Source: Micrococcales bacterium
GTDB taxonomy: Bacteria; Actinomycetota; Actinomycetes; Actinomycetales; Microbacteriaceae
Assembly: GCA_024641015.1 (NCBI GenBank)
Contig: JAHEDU010000003.1
Coordinates: 3,713 to 67,712, forward strand
Length of the DNA stretch: 64,000 bases
Reading direction: 5' to 3'
The position numbers and the translations under genes are program-made. The notes under the pieces were generated by a model that saw nothing but the letters and a program-made list of their open reading frames with translations, ran no database searches and was not told the DNA's origin. Shown here in pieces: positions 41,191 to 52,797 of this stretch (position 1 is its first letter; every line of letters begins with the position of its first letter).

Positions 41191-41754
41191 ATGCACGAGA
41201 AGAGTGCGCCGGACAATCGAGCGACCGCGGGGCCATTCGACGTTTCTGAGGTCAGTCCCGTCCAACCGTTTATCGATCTTGGATCCATCAAAGTCACGCC
41301 GCGTGTCGGACTGCAACTTCGACTCGATGTTGATGACAGCACCAAACGAGTCGTTGCGGCGACTCTGGATTGCGATGGGTCGACTCTCCAGGTTCAAGCC
41401 TTCGCAGCGCCACGCTCTGAAGGGCTGTGGCACGAGATTCGCGAACAGGTCGTTTCCCAGGTCACGAAGCAGGGCGGAACGGTCGACGAGGTCGAGGGTC
41501 CGTTTGGTCTCGAGGTGCGTGCAGTCCTGCCAACGGCAGATGGCACACGCCGACCTGTTCGGTTCATCGGAGTCGACGGTCCCAAGTGGTTCCTGCGCGG
41601 TGTTATTTCTGGCAAGGGCGCCGACGAACCGGACAACGCGTTGCCGATCGAAGAGGTCTATCGCTCGATCGTGGTGAACCGCGGTATCGAGGCGTTGCCC
41701 CCGCGTGAGCTTCTGCCGCTACGGGTCCCGCCGCAGCCCGGCGTTCCCGCATGA
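41191..41754 (+). CDS. DUF3710 family protein
   Basis: GPFD, QAFAAPRS-x-GLW and GVDGPKWFLRG; follows dut. Confidence 0.88.
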   Translation: MHEKSAPDNRATAGPFDVSEVSPVQPFIDLGSIKVTPRVGLQLRLDVDDSTKRVVAATLDCDGSTLQVQAFAAPRSEGLWHEIREQVVSQVTKQGGTVDEVEGPFGLEVRAVLPTADGTRRPVRFIGVDGPKWFLRGVISGKGADEPDNALPIEEVYRSIVVNRGIEALPPRELLPLRVPPQPGVPA

Positions 41755-42401
41755 CCGAGCCAACTCCTTCCCGACGTGGACTATCCGCGTTGACCCCTGG
41801 CGAGGCGCCGACTGCCGATGCATTGTTCGGCGCAATCGGGGGAGTGCGCGGAATCATCGAGTCACTGACTCCCGGTCTCGTGTTTCTCGTCGTCTTCACC
41901 ATCACGGGTCAGCTCACGCCGTCGGTCGTCGCTCCCGTCGCCGTGGCCGTCATCGTGCTTCTCGTTCGGTTGATTCAACGTCTCCCCGTACTTCCCGCAA
42001 TTTCCGGGGGAATTGGGATTGCACTATCGGCAGGGCTGGCACTCTGGACTGGGCGGGCCGCAGACAATTTCGTCGGCGGATTCATCATCAACGCAGTCTC
42101 CCTGCTCGCGTTCTCGATCTCGTTGCTCGTTCGCAAGCCGCTCGTCGGTGTCATCGCAAACGCGCTCGCCCCCAAGACGAAGTGGCTGGACGAGCCCGCT
42201 CCGCGCCGAGCGGTGACAATCGCGTCGATACTGTGGGCCTGTTTCTTCGCACTTCGACTGGGCGTACAGTTGCCCCTGTACTTTGCAAATCTCACCGCTG
42301 CTCTGGCCGCGACGAAGCTCATCATGGGGCTGCCGTTGTACGCGTCAATGCTGTGGGTGACGTGGATGTTGCTACGTTCGTCGCACATTCGCACGACCTA
42401 G
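41751..42401 (+). CDS. DUF3159 family membrane protein
   Basis: GGVRGIIES, RLGVQLPLY and KLIMGLPLY. Confidence 0.88.
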   Translation: MTEPTPSRRGLSALTPGEAPTADALFGAIGGVRGIIESLTPGLVFLVVFTITGQLTPSVVAPVAVAVIVLLVRLIQRLPVLPAISGGIGIALSAGLALWTGRAADNFVGGFIINAVSLLAFSISLLVRKPLVGVIANALAPKTKWLDEPAPRRAVTIASILWACFFALRLGVQLPLYFANLTAALAATKLIMGLPLYASMLWVTWMLLRSSHIRTT

Positions 42402-42457
42402 GCGCACCCGCGTCGGGGCTAGACTGAAAGCATCTTGTCGATGCAGAGGAGTGACTG

Positions 42458-45133
42458 GTGAGCATCAACTCATTCGGTGCGAAAAGCACGTTGACCGTAG
42501 ACGGTCGTGACTACACGATTTTCCGTCTTGACGCCGTTGAAGGCCACGATCGACTTCCGTTCAGCCTGAAGGTGCTCCTCGAGAACCTGTTGCGCACCGA
42601 AGATGGTGCGAACATCACCTCCGACCAGATTCGCGCACTCGGTTCGTGGGTTCCGACCGCAGAACCCGACACTGAGATTCAGTTCACGCCCGCACGTGTT
42701 GTCATGCAGGACTTCACCGGCGTCCCCTGCATCGTCGACCTCGCCACCATGCGTGAAGCAGTAGCTGAACTCGGAGGCGACCCCGAAAAGATCAACCCCC
42801 TCGCCCCCGCAGAACTCGTCATCGACCACTCGGTCATTGCCGACCTATTCGGTCGTGAAGATGCCTTCGAACGCAACGTGGAAATCGAATACGAGCGCAA
42901 TGGTGAGCGTTACCAGTTCCTCCGTTGGGGACAGACCGCTTTCGACAACTTCAAGGTTGTGCCGCCCGGGACCGGAATTGTCCACCAGGTCAACATGGAG
43001 AACCTCGCTAAGGTCGTGTACACCCGCGACGTCAATGGTGAAACGATCGCCTTCCCCGACACCTGTGTCGGAACTGACTCGCACACCACGATGGTCAACG
43101 GACTCGGTGTTCTCGGTTGGGGAGTCGGAGGAATCGAAGCAGAGGCCGCCATGCTCGGCCAGCCCGTTTCGATGCTCATCCCGAAGGTTGTCGGCTTCAA
43201 GCTAACGGGTGTAATCCCTTCCGCCGTCACCGCCACGGATGTTGTTCTCACCATCACGGACATGCTGCGTAAGCACGGAGTCGTCGGTAAGTTCGTCGAG
43301 TTCTATGGTGCCGGCGTGAGCCAGGTTCCTCTCGCGAACCGCGCCACCATCGGAAACATGAGCCCCGAATTCGGTTCGACGGCAGCGATGTTCCCGGTGG
43401 ATTCGGTGACCGTCGACTATCTGCGACTCACGGGCCGCCCCGCCGAAACCGTTGCTCTCGTCGAGGCATATGCCAAGGCCCAGGGCTTGTGGCACAACCC
43501 CGACATCGAGCCCGTCTTCAGTGAATACCTCGAGCTCGACCTGTCGACGGTTGTTCCGTCGATCGCTGGTCCCAAGCGTCCGCAGGACCGCATCGAACTG
43601 TCGAAGGCTAAGTCTCAGTTCGGCACCGACCTCACCAACTACGGCGCTGGTAAGGCCGCAACGGTCACATACGAAGGCGAAACGTTCGAAGTTGACAACG
43701 GACACGTTGCTATTGCGGCAATCACCTCCTGCACGAACACCTCGAATCCGTCGGTGATGCTCGCCGCCGGACTCCTCGCCCGCAACGCCGTCGCTAAGGG
43801 TCTCACCTCGAAGCCGTGGGTGAAGACCACTCTCGCTCCTGGTTCGAAGGTTGTCACCGAGTACTACGAAAAGGCCGGCCTGATGGACGACCTCGAGGCG
43901 CTCGGTTTCTACCTCGTCGGTTACGGCTGCACCACCTGTATCGGAAACTCGGGACCGCTCCCTGCCGAGGTCTCGCAAGCCGTTCAGGACAACGATCTCG
44001 CGGTCACCGCGGTGCTGTCGGGAAACCGTAACTTCGAGGGACGAATCAACCCCGACGTGAAAATGAACTACCTTGCGTCGCCGCCCCTTGTCATCGCTTA
44101 CGCACTCGCGGGAACGATGAACTTCGACTTCGAGGCCCAGCCCCTCGGTCAGGACTCTGAAGGCAAGGACGTATTCCTCGCCGACATCTGGCCGTCGGCC
44201 GCCGAGGTTCAGAAGACGATTGACTCGTCAATCGATACCGAAATGTTCGTGCGCCAGTACGGTGAAGTCTTTGACGGTGATGAGCGCTGGCGTTCGATTC
44301 CGACCCCGACCGGCAACGTGTTCGAGTGGGACGACAAGTCGACCTACGTCCGTAAGCCCCCGTACTTCGACGGAATGAAGAAGGAGACCACCCCGGTTTC
44401 CGACATTCACGGCGCGCGCGTTCTCGCAAAGCTCGGAGACTCGGTCACGACTGACCACATCTCGCCGGCTGGTTCGATCAAGGCCGACTCACCCGCAGGG
44501 CAGTACCTACAGGCGCATGGTGTCGCACGCGACGACTTCAACTCGTACGGCTCGCGTCGCGGAAACCACGAAATCATGATCCGTGGCACCTTCGCGAATA
44601 TTCGCCTCAAGAACCAGTTGCTGGACGGTGTCGAGGGTGGTTACACCCGCGACTTCACCACCGCGGCGGGCGACCAGGCGTTCATCTACGACGCATCGGA
44701 GAAGTACCAGGCGAACGGCACTCCGCTCGTCATCCTCGCTGGCAAGGAATACGGTTCGGGTTCGAGCCGTGACTGGGCGGCGAAGGGAACCCGACTTCTC
44801 GGCGTTTCGGCCGTGATCGCCGAGTCGTTCGAGCGTATCCACCGTTCAAACTTGATCGGAATGGGCGTCATCCCGCTGCAGTTCCCCGCTGGCCAGAACG
44901 CGGACTCACTCGGTCTCGATGGAACGGAAGAATTCACGTTCACGGGAATCGAAGCGCTGAACGACGGTGTTACTCCTCGCACGGTTCACGTCACCGCGAC
45001 GCCAACCTCGCACTCTGCGGCGGGCAAGTCGGTTGTCGAGTTCGACGCTGTTGTGCGTATCGATACACCGGGTGAGGCGGATTACTACCGCAACGGTGGA
45101 ATTCTCCAGTACGTGCTTCGGTCGTTGCTGTAA
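42458..45133 (+). CDS. acnA: Aconitate hydratase A
   Basis: [29 protein letters not shown] and [10 protein letters not shown] motifs. Confidence 0.97.
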   Translation: MSINSFGAKSTLTVDGRDYTIFRLDAVEGHDRLPFSLKVLLENLLRTEDGANITSDQIRALGSWVPTAEPDTEIQFTPARVVMQDFTGVPCIVDLATMREAVAELGGDPEKINPLAPAELVIDHSVIADLFGREDAFERNVEIEYERNGERYQFLRWGQTAFDNFKVVPPGTGIVHQVNMENLAKVVYTRDVNGETIAFPDTCVGTDSHTTMVNGLGVLGWGVGGIEAEAAMLGQPVSMLIPKVVGFKLTGVIPSAVTATDVVLTITDMLRKHGVVGKFVEFYGAGVSQVPLANRATIGNMSPEFGSTAAMFPVDSVTVDYLRLTGRPAETVALVEAYAKAQGLWHNPDIEPVFSEYLELDLSTVVPSIAGPKRPQDRIELSKAKSQFGTDLTNYGAGKAATVTYEGETFEVDNGHVAIAAITSCTNTSNPSVMLAAGLLARNAVAKGLTSKPWVKTTLAPGSKVVTEYYEKAGLMDDLEALGFYLVGYGCTTCIGNSGPLPAEVSQAVQDNDLAVTAVLSGNRNFEGRINPDVKMNYLASPPLVIAYALAGTMNFDFEAQPLGQDSEGKDVFLADIWPSAAEVQKTIDSSIDTEMFVRQYGEVFDGDERWRSIPTPTGNVFEWDDKSTYVRKPPYFDGMKKETTPVSDIHGARVLAKLGDSVTTDHISPAGSIKADSPAGQYLQAHGVARDDFNSYGSRRGNHEIMIRGTFANIRLKNQLLDGVEGGYTRDFTTAAGDQAFIYDASEKYQANGTPLVILAGKEYGSGSSRDWAAKGTRLLGVSAVIAESFERIHRSNLIGMGVIPLQFPAGQNADSLGLDGTEEFTFTGIEALNDGVTPRTVHVTATPTSHSAAGKSVVEFDAVVRIDTPGEADYYRNGGILQYVLRSLL

Positions 45134-45138
45134 CCATC

Positions 45139-47034
45139 ATGTTGCTGCCGAACATTCGAAGCCCGAAAGACCTCAAGGGGTTGACGGTCTCCGAGTGTGT
45201 GGCACTGGCTTCTGAGATTCGCGAATTCTTGGTGACGAATGTCGCCTCGACCGGCGGTCACCTTGGCCCGAACCTCGGCGTCGTTGAATTGACAATCGGA
45301 ATCCACCGTGTCTTTGATTCGCCGACCGATCCCGTGATTTTCGACACCGGGCACCAGTCGTACGTTCACAAGCTACTGACTGGGCGCCAGGACTTTTCGG
45401 GACTTCGGTCCGCTGGCGGGCTTGCCGGTTACCCCCAGCGAAGCGAGTCTGTTCACGATGTCGTCGAAAGCAGTCACGCCTCCAGCTCACTGTCGTGGGC
45501 TGACGGAATCTCCAAGGCCTTTGAGATGACCGGTCAGGACGATCGACACGTGGTGGTCGTCGTCGGCGATGGTGCGCTGACGGGCGGAATGACGTGGGAA
45601 GCGCTGAACAACATCTCCCACGACAACTCGCGTCGCTTGGTCATCATCGTCAACGACAATGGGCGCTCGTACGCGCCGACCATCGGGGGAGTAGCACGAT
45701 TCCTCTCTGACGTGCGAACGCGTCCGTCTTACCGTCGCCTTCACAACTTGTCGTGGGCGATCTTCAAGCGCCTTGGCGGACCCGCGCGCGCTTTCTACCG
45801 AGGTGTGCGTGGCGGTGTCCGAGGCTTCCTCGCTCGCTTCGCCAACAACGACTCGCTGTATTCCAACCTCGACATCAAGTACATCGGCCCCATCGACGGT
45901 CACAACATGGCCGATGTCGAACGCGCTCTCGAGCAGGCGAAGGACTACGGGACTCCCGTCATCGTCCACGCGATTACCGAGAAGGGTCGTGGTTACGAAC
46001 CCGCCCGCGCGAACGCCGACGATCAGTTCCACGCAATCGGAGCGTTCGACCCCATTACCGGTGAAGAGACCAAGGGTTCGGGCACTTCCTGGACGAGTGT
46101 GTTCTCGCAGGAACTCGTCGCCATCGCGGACGAGAACGAAAAGGTCGTCGGAATCACCGCAGCCATGCTTCGGCCGACAGGTTTGGCAGCGTTCGCAGAC
46201 AAGTACCCCGCGCGCGTTGTTGACGTCGGAATCGCCGAACAGCACGCCACGACTTCCGCGGCGGGACTCGCCTTTGGTGGTCTGCACCCCGTCGTTGCCG
46301 TCTACGCAACGTTCATGGGTCGTGCTTTTGACCAGGTGCTGATGGACGTTGCGCTACACAAGGCCGGTGTTACGTTTGTGCTCGACCGCGCGGGAGTCAC
46401 CGGTCCCGATGGAGCTTCGCACCACGGGCAGTGGGACTTGGCGATGCTCAACATCGTTCCCGGAGTCCGCATTGCGGCTCCTCGTGACGATGTCACCCTG
46501 CGTGAGGAACTGCGCGAGGCAATCGGGGTGGATGACGCACCCACCGTCGTGCGCTTCCCGAAGGGAAGTATCGCCGGAAGCATCCCCGCTGTCCGTCGCA
46601 CAACCGACGGCGTCGATGTGTTGGTCGACGAGGGCGCGAACGACGTGCTTCTCGTTGCGATTGGCGCGTTCGTTCCCATTGCATTGTCCGTCGCGACAGC
46701 ACTTCGTGAAGCAGGCATCGGCGTCACAGTTGTTGACCCTCGCTGGGTGATCCCAGTACCGCAGAGCATCGTCGAGATGTCACGCGAACATCGAATCGTC
46801 GTTTCGCTGGAGGACGGAATCCGAGTTGGCGGAATTGGAACGCGAATCCGTCAGGACCTTCGTGCGGCGGGGATTGACACCGCTGTCGACGAACTGGGTC
46901 TTCCCGATGAATTCCTCGAGCACGATTCTCGTGACAATATTTTGCGTCGGGTGGGGCTTGATGCGCCCACGATCGCGGCAAAGATTCAGGCCCAGATCAA
47001 TGGAACACAGATTCCGAAGGCCAAGCGCACATAA
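45139..47034 (+). CDS. dxs: 1-deoxy-D-xylulose-5-phosphate synthase
   Basis: GGHLGPNLG, DTGHQ, GDGA...NDN, IAEQH and DRAG motifs. Confidence 0.97.
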   Translation: MLLPNIRSPKDLKGLTVSECVALASEIREFLVTNVASTGGHLGPNLGVVELTIGIHRVFDSPTDPVIFDTGHQSYVHKLLTGRQDFSGLRSAGGLAGYPQRSESVHDVVESSHASSSLSWADGISKAFEMTGQDDRHVVVVVGDGALTGGMTWEALNNISHDNSRRLVIIVNDNGRSYAPTIGGVARFLSDVRTRPSYRRLHNLSWAIFKRLGGPARAFYRGVRGGVRGFLARFANNDSLYSNLDIKYIGPIDGHNMADVERALEQAKDYGTPVIVHAITEKGRGYEPARANADDQFHAIGAFDPITGEETKGSGTSWTSVFSQELVAIADENEKVVGITAAMLRPTGLAAFADKYPARVVDVGIAEQHATTSAAGLAFGGLHPVVAVYATFMGRAFDQVLMDVALHKAGVTFVLDRAGVTGPDGASHHGQWDLAMLNIVPGVRIAAPRDDVTLREELREAIGVDDAPTVVRFPKGSIAGSIPAVRRTTDGVDVLVDEGANDVLLVAIGAFVPIALSVATALREAGIGVTVVDPRWVIPVPQSIVEMSREHRIVVSLEDGIRVGGIGTRIRQDLRAAGIDTAVDELGLPDEFLEHDSRDNILRRVGLDAPTIAAKIQAQINGTQIPKAKRT

Positions 47035-49041
47035 CTAGTGGAAGCGACGCCCGAGCACGCGCTCGGTCGACCCGCAGTCATCGAGGTATCGGCTGATTCC
47101 ACCGTGCGCAACGGGCCACCCGGCTCCGGCGATGAGGCACAGGTCGATGTCGCGAACGTCGGCGACCACATCCTCTTCGAGCATGAGCGCAATCTCTCGA
47201 GTCAAGGCATCCACAGTGCGGTCGTGAATCGCCCCTTGGGCGGTGTCGTCCGCTGATTCACCCGACGCCATGTCTGCGGCGATTGAAGCGCCCACGGGGT
47301 TATCCGTCGCAGCGCGAAGCGCGGGAGACACGTGAACGCGGTCCGGAGCGAATGCGTGAAGCGATTCGATCATGTGGAGAGAAACGGCGCGACCAATCAG
47401 ATCGATGAGGGCGAATGGGTCCATCGGCAACCTCAAGGCGGACAACGCTTGCGAGACAGAGTCGGTGCCCACCCCGCGGTCCACAGCGTCAAGAGCTTCG
47501 CTGAGGAAAACCGAGAGGATTCGGTTGACGACGAATCCCGGAAGATCCTTGGTGATGACGGCCGTCTTTCTGAGGTTCCCGGCGCAGGCAATCGCGGTGG
47601 CAACTGCGGTGGGGGTGCTGTGTGTCGTCGCAACAACCTCGATGAGCGGCATGACGGCAACAGGGTTGAAGAAGTGGAAGCCGATCAGCCGGCCAGGGTG
47701 TTTGAGGGCTTCGGCCATGGTGGTGACCGAGAGCGACGACGTGTTCGTTGCCAGGATGCAGTCTGGCGAAACGAACTGTTCAACTTCGCGCAAAACGGCA
47801 ACCTTGACATCGAGGTCCTCGAACACTGCTTCCATCACGAAGTCGCAGTCCGCGAAGTCCGCCTTGTCCAGTGTTGTCTGTACCTTTCCGAGAATTGTCG
47901 CGCGACGGTCATAGGTGAGTCCGCCGCGATCGACTCGACCGGTCAGGGCATCGCCGATTCGCGCAACCGCCGCATCGAGGCGTTCCTGTGAAACGTCGGT
48001 TAGGACGACCGGCACGTCCAGCTTCTCTGCAAAGAGGGTCGCGAACTGTGACGCCATCAGTCCAGCGCCAAGCACACCGATCTTGTTGACGTCATGTGGC
48101 TCGGCCGACGGAACGCCAGCTGGCTTCTTGGCGCGGCTCGACGTGAGGTGGAACGAATAGACACGGTTGCGGAATTCCGACGTCACGATGAGATCGGCCA
48201 GAGCATCGTCCTCAGCGGCGAAGCCTGTGCCCACTGTTGTACCTGCGCTGATGACTTCAACGAGACGATTGATCGCAACGGTCGGGTTCGCTGCGCGCGT
48301 AGCGTATTTGTTGGCCGTTGCGGTGAAGGTCGCAATGTCGTCGTCTGTGGTCTCGTGTTCGTGTCGTTTGACGGGGAATCCGTCGTCAATAAAGCGCAGT
48401 ACGTCGTCGTGCAGGTGAGTGTCGTCGGCGAGCCGGTCGACCACTCCGAGGTCTGCGGCCTGCTGTGCCTTGAGCAGCGTGTTTCCCTTGACTGGATTGT
48501 CGAGCAGAACCGTCTGGGCGCGGTTCATTCCAATGAGCCGGGGGAGAAGTGTGGCACCGCCCCACCCGGGGATGAGTCCCAAACTGATTTCGGGGAGACC
48601 GATCGCTGCGACCGACGCAGCGGCGATACGATATGTGCAGTGAAGCGCCAATTCGAGTCCGCCACCGAGGGCAACACCGTTGATTTCGGCGATTGTGGGG
48701 ACACCGAGTCGGCTGAGGCGACCGAGTACGCGGTGACCGGCCTCAGCCAGAGAAAGGGAGAGGGTCCGGTCGGTGATGGACGCCATCATGTCCAGGTCGG
48801 CGCCGGCACAGAAGGCGCGACCACTTCCGCGGACAATGACTGCGTCGATTGCCTCGGTTTCCAATTTCACAGCCAATTCGTCGAGAGCCGTGTTGAGGTT
48901 CTCTAGCCCGCGCGGCCCGAGAACTGCGGGGCGACCAGCGTCCTCAGCGACGAGCGTGAGCACAATCACGCTCTTTCCTGCCGGCGTAATCTCTGTGGAC
49001 GTCTGCACCGTCGTCGCGAGGGCTTCGCTAAGTCGGGTCAT
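47035..49041 (-). CDS. fadB: Fatty-acid oxidation multifunctional enoyl-CoA hydratase / 3-hydroxyacyl-CoA dehydrogenase
   Basis: FCAGAD, GGGLE, LPE, GAGLM, TNTSS and HFFNP motifs. Confidence 0.9.
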   Translation of the reverse strand: MTRLSEALATTVQTSTEITPAGKSVIVLTLVAEDAGRPAVLGPRGLENLNTALDELAVKLETEAIDAVIVRGSGRAFCAGADLDMMASITDRTLSLSLAEAGHRVLGRLSRLGVPTIAEINGVALGGGLELALHCTYRIAAASVAAIGLPEISLGLIPGWGGATLLPRLIGMNRAQTVLLDNPVKGNTLLKAQQAADLGVVDRLADDTHLHDDVLRFIDDGFPVKRHEHETTDDDIATFTATANKYATRAANPTVAINRLVEVISAGTTVGTGFAAEDDALADLIVTSEFRNRVYSFHLTSSRAKKPAGVPSAEPHDVNKIGVLGAGLMASQFATLFAEKLDVPVVLTDVSQERLDAAVARIGDALTGRVDRGGLTYDRRATILGKVQTTLDKADFADCDFVMEAVFEDLDVKVAVLREVEQFVSPDCILATNTSSLSVTTMAEALKHPGRLIGFHFFNPVAVMPLIEVVATTHSTPTAVATAIACAGNLRKTAVITKDLPGFVVNRILSVFLSEALDAVDRGVGTDSVSQALSALRLPMDPFALIDLIGRAVSLHMIESLHAFAPDRVHVSPALRAATDNPVGASIAADMASGESADDTAQGAIHDRTVDALTREIALMLEEDVVADVRDIDLCLIAGAGWPVAHGGISRYLDDCGSTERVLGRRFH

Positions 49042-50210
49042 GCGCTGAAGTGAGGGTTTTCCCAGATAACGGTTCCGCCCTGGCCCAGCCCGACGCACAT
49101 GGTTGTCAGCCCGTATCGAACGTTCGGGTTGTTTTCGAAATGGCGAGCGAGCTGAATCGCGAGTCGGACACCTGAAGCCGCAAGCGGGTGTCCCATCGCG
49201 ATGGCACCACCCCATGGGTTGAAGAGTGGTGACTCGGGATCGACGCCAAAGTGGTCGGCGAACGCGAGTACCTGAATCGCGAAGGCTTCATTGAGCTCAA
49301 AGATTTCGATGTCGTTGATAGTCAATCCGGCGATGGCGAGAGCCTTTTCGGTAGACGGGATCGGACCCATCCCCATCATGTCGGGTGAGACCCCCGCAAA
49401 CGCATACGAGACCATCCGCATCGACGGAGTGAGTCCGTATCGGGCAACCGCTTCCTCGCCAGCGAGGAGACTCATGGTCGCACCGTCCGTGAGAGGCGAC
49501 GCGTTACCCGCGGTGACTCGCCCATTTTCGCGGAAGGGCGGGTTGAGCGAGGCCAGCCCTTCGAGAGTTGTTCCGGGTCGCAACTGTTCGTCGCGGTCTG
49601 CTGCGCCGTGCGGAGTGTCGATGGTGACGAGGTCGAGTTGTGGACCGCCGTCCTCGTAGGCCTGCCACGCCCGAAGCTGGCTTTGAAGAGCAAACGCGTC
49701 GGTTCGGTCTTTGGTGATGTTCGGCAACTCGTCGTGAAGGTTCTCGGCTGTGCGTCCCATGAACAGGGAATCCTCCGTGAAGATTCCCATCTCGAACAGC
49801 GCGGGGTTCGCCTTCTTGTCGAACTCCATCGGGTGGCGACCCATGTGTTCGACACCTCCCGCAATCGCGAGGTCGATCTGGCCGAAGCCAATCCCGGCGC
49901 CAAGCGTCGTCATCGATGTCATCGCCCCCGCGCACATGCGGTCAATGGCGAAACCGGGGACGGAGGTGGGCAGCCCCGCGAGCAATCCGACGGTTCGGCC
50001 GAGTGTCAGGCCTTGGTCGCCTTCGTGGGTGGTTGCCGCGATTGCGACGTCGTCGATTGCGTCGAGTGGAACCGTCGCGTTTCTCGTCATCAAGCCCTTG
50101 AGCACTTCGGCGGCGAGATCGTCCGCTCTCGTGTCGCGATAGATTCCCTTGGCGCCCGCCCGACCAAACGGACTGCGCATCCCATCAACGAAATAGACTG
50201 ACCGGCTCAC
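49038..50210 (-). CDS. fadA: Acetyl-CoA acyltransferase (thiolase)
   Basis: RMCAGA, NEAF, GHPLAASG and CVGLG motifs; RBS AAGGAGG before the GTG at 50210. Confidence 0.92.
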   Translation of the reverse strand: MSRSVYFVDGMRSPFGRAGAKGIYRDTRADDLAAEVLKGLMTRNATVPLDAIDDVAIAATTHEGDQGLTLGRTVGLLAGLPTSVPGFAIDRMCAGAMTSMTTLGAGIGFGQIDLAIAGGVEHMGRHPMEFDKKANPALFEMGIFTEDSLFMGRTAENLHDELPNITKDRTDAFALQSQLRAWQAYEDGGPQLDLVTIDTPHGAADRDEQLRPGTTLEGLASLNPPFRENGRVTAGNASPLTDGATMSLLAGEEAVARYGLTPSMRMVSYAFAGVSPDMMGMGPIPSTEKALAIAGLTINDIEIFELNEAFAIQVLAFADHFGVDPESPLFNPWGGAIAMGHPLAASGVRLAIQLARHFENNPNVRYGLTTMCVGLGQGGTVIWENPHFSA

Positions 50211-50241
50211 TGTGCCTCCTTGCACTTCCATCGTGCCACCT

Positions 50242-51495
50242 TTATTCGGCTTCGCTGCCACCTGGTGCGGCTGTGGCAAGGAATTCCTCTGGATTTGCCT
50301 CGGCACGGGCGAAACCGCTGGCGATTCGAGCGCTCGTTGCGTCAACCTGCCACTTTCGAGCACCTGCGTGAGTCAACGCTCCCGCGATGCCGACAGCCGT
50401 TGTGTCTGCTGGTGGTTCCCAACAAAGCCTTCTGAGGATTTCGGGCGTCAACACGTTCTCGACCGGCACAACGAGTTCCTCTGAAACCGCGAGGACTTCC
50501 TGGCGCGAGGCGACAAATCGTGCGTACGCGTCGGGGTGGCGTTCCTTCCAGTTGCGCGGCGTAGACAGACCCCCACCGCGTACTCGCATCGGGGGTAAAT
50601 CATCGGTCGCGGTGCCGCGTTCAATCGCCGCCCACCAACGGTCGAGCTGTTTTCTCGAGAGGCGGCCTGTGAAGGTGGACAGGCCAGCGAGTTGACCCTT
50701 GGACGTTGGCAAGGCACGTGCCGCCGCGACGATGGCGTGATCGGGGATTACGCGGCCGGGGCCCATGTCGAGTTCGCGAGCGATCGCATCGCGCTCGAGC
50801 CACAGTTCGCGCGCCACCGCGAGATGACGCGGTGTGGTCAACGTTTGAATCTGCGAGAGTCGGCGCCACGGGTCCGCACGAGGAGGAGCGGGTTGCCACG
50901 TGAGCAGGTTGTCAAATTCTTGTTTGGCGATCTCGAGCTTGCCGTTCTCGATCAACCGCGCCTCGAGAGCATCACGCAGATCCTGAAGAAGCTCGACATC
51001 GAGAGCGGCGTAAACGAGCCACTCGTGGGGAAGTGGTCTGGTCGACCAGTCCGCAGCCGAGTGTTCCTTTGCCAGGTGAAGACCTAAGAGCTCAGCAACG
51101 ACAGTCCCAAGTCCTACGCGAGGTAGGCCCGCGAGCCGAGACCCCAGTTCGGTGTCGAACAACGCAGAAGGCACAAGCCCGACTTCGGCGAGACAGGCGA
51201 GGTCCTGCGTGGCGGCGTGCAGAATCCATTCGTCGGTGGACAACAGCACGCCCAAGCCGTCGAGGTTCTCGAACGCGGTCGGGTCAATCAAGTGAGTGCC
51301 TCCGCCACGGCGACTAACTTGGATCAGATACGCGCGGTTCGAATAGCGGAATCCGCTTGCCCGTTCCGCATCGACGCCGAACGGGCCGTGCCCCGAGGTG
51401 AGCCTCGCAATGGTTGCTTCTAGCGCATCGACAGTGTCAACGATGAACGGTTCCTCGGCGAGAGTTGCCGGGGGGAGTTCGACCTCGTCGGTCAT
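50242..51495 (-). CDS. rnd: Ribonuclease D (3'-5' exonuclease plus HRDC)
   Basis: VDAERA, HAATQD, FDTE, DWSTRPL and YAALDV motifs. Confidence 0.92.
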   Translation of the reverse strand: MTDEVELPPATLAEEPFIVDTVDALEATIARLTSGHGPFGVDAERASGFRYSNRAYLIQVSRRGGGTHLIDPTAFENLDGLGVLLSTDEWILHAATQDLACLAEVGLVPSALFDTELGSRLAGLPRVGLGTVVAELLGLHLAKEHSAADWSTRPLPHEWLVYAALDVELLQDLRDALEARLIENGKLEIAKQEFDNLLTWQPAPPRADPWRRLSQIQTLTTPRHLAVARELWLERDAIARELDMGPGRVIPDHAIVAAARALPTSKGQLAGLSTFTGRLSRKQLDRWWAAIERGTATDDLPPMRVRGGGLSTPRNWKERHPDAYARFVASRQEVLAVSEELVVPVENVLTPEILRRLCWEPPADTTAVGIAGALTHAGARKWQVDATSARIASGFARAEANPEEFLATAAPGGSEAE

Positions 51496-52049
51496 CGAGC
51501 CTGGATGTTGGTGACGCCCTCGGGCTGCGGCGGGAAGCCGGCGAGTCGACAGACAAATCGCGCCCACGCTTCGACGTGCGGACGTGCGTCCCACGATTGC
51601 GGTGACCATGATGCGCGCACTTCGACTTGGGTGCCGCGGCCCTGAGGTGCGAGGTCGCCGAAGCCAGTGGAAATCACACGAGTCACCGTGCCGGCAGCGT
51701 GATCAAACTTTGCGCCGCCTTCCGCGAGCTCGTCGAGCAACGTTGCCCACGTTGCGGCGGAGTACATCTCGTCAGAGCCGAGATCAACCTCGAGGGGAGA
51801 CTGGGCGAAGATGATCGCGCGCGACCGACCACCCCATGCGACGGGTTCTTCCGGGTCGTCAAGAATGATCAAGCGACCGGTGCCTCGGTCGAGGTGACTG
51901 GTGCCCGCGACAACATCGGCAGAGAACGCAATCGCGTTCGGTGCGAGCCCCTGCGGAGCATCGATTTCGTGAACCGCAACCTCGCGTGGGAGACCTGCGG
52001 CACGGGCAGACTCGACGAGAGATTCGAAGTATCCAGACGAGTTGTTCAC
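51492..52049 (-). CDS. DUF3000 family protein
   Basis: AP-x-x-LAP, GRLIIL-x-DP, GTVTR and EVRASWSP. Confidence 0.88.
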   Translation of the reverse strand: MNNSSGYFESLVESARAAGLPREVAVHEIDAPQGLAPNAIAFSADVVAGTSHLDRGTGRLIILDDPEEPVAWGGRSRAIIFAQSPLEVDLGSDEMYSAATWATLLDELAEGGAKFDHAAGTVTRVISTGFGDLAPQGRGTQVEVRASWSPQSWDARPHVEAWARFVCRLAGFPPQPEGVTNIQAR

Positions 52050-52058
52050 GGTGTCAGC

Positions 52059-52745
52059 CTAGGTTCGCGATTTCGACGAAGTGCGAGGCGCGCCGTTGAC
52101 GAGCCGCCGGGTGTAACGGAAGCCCGAATCATCGTGGGCCATAAGCGTAAGGTTCCCCGTTACTGCTGGCACAACGACGTCCGCTGACTGTTCGCCGGGA
52201 TTCGGAGACACAGTCTGGCACCACTCAGTGACGACTCCCGACTTGAGGAACACGTCTATCAGCGCGAGTCCACCTTCGAGAACGATTCGACGGTGGCCCA
52301 GTGCGTGAATTGCCTTGAGGATTGCGGCGCCCGTGAATCGGCCGAGGACGACTCCTTCGACGCCATCAGGGACCGTGGCCGACGAGTGGTGAAGCACGGT
52401 GATTCCGCCATGCGCACGTTCAATGGCCGCAGCGGGAATGTCAGCTGACCGGGAGACGATGACGAGCGGCTTGTCACGGGGAACCGAAAGCGGTTCTGCT
52501 CGGACTGTCGCGCCACCCAACACCACGACGTCGGCGAGCTCTCGAAGCGCTAAAAGTAGTGTGCGGTCGGCTCCGCCCGTCAAATCTTGGCTCGTACCGG
52601 AAGCGCCGACGGCGTGGCCGAGGGCGTCCGTGATGACATTCACGCGCACCCATTCGTCGCCCGCGGTGTCCCACCAACGGATCGCGGCTTCGCGGTTGAG
52701 AGTGTCAAATGCGATTCCATACGGGAAGTCGGTGTGGACGAGCAT
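52059..52745 (-). CDS. RibD C-terminal / dihydrofolate-reductase-fold protein
   Basis: VRVNVI, ADVVVLGGATVRAE and LEGG motifs. Confidence 0.85.
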   Translation of the reverse strand: MLVHTDFPYGIAFDTLNREAAIRWWDTAGDEWVRVNVITDALGHAVGASGTSQDLTGGADRTLLLALRELADVVVLGGATVRAEPLSVPRDKPLVIVSRSADIPAAAIERAHGGITVLHHSSATVPDGVEGVVLGRFTGAAILKAIHALGHRRIVLEGGLALIDVFLKSGVVTEWCQTVSPNPGEQSADVVVPAVTGNLTLMAHDDSGFRYTRRLVNGAPRTSSKSRT

Positions 52746-52797
52746 GCCTCCATTGTCGTGGGTAGGCTGTGAACAACTCAGGAAGGTCTGCCACATC

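Noticed and set aside
52399-52797. N-terminal extension of the ZapE ORF
   Set aside because: It overlaps the RibD-like gene on the opposite strand; the GTG at 52798 with an upstream AGGAAGG is more plausible.
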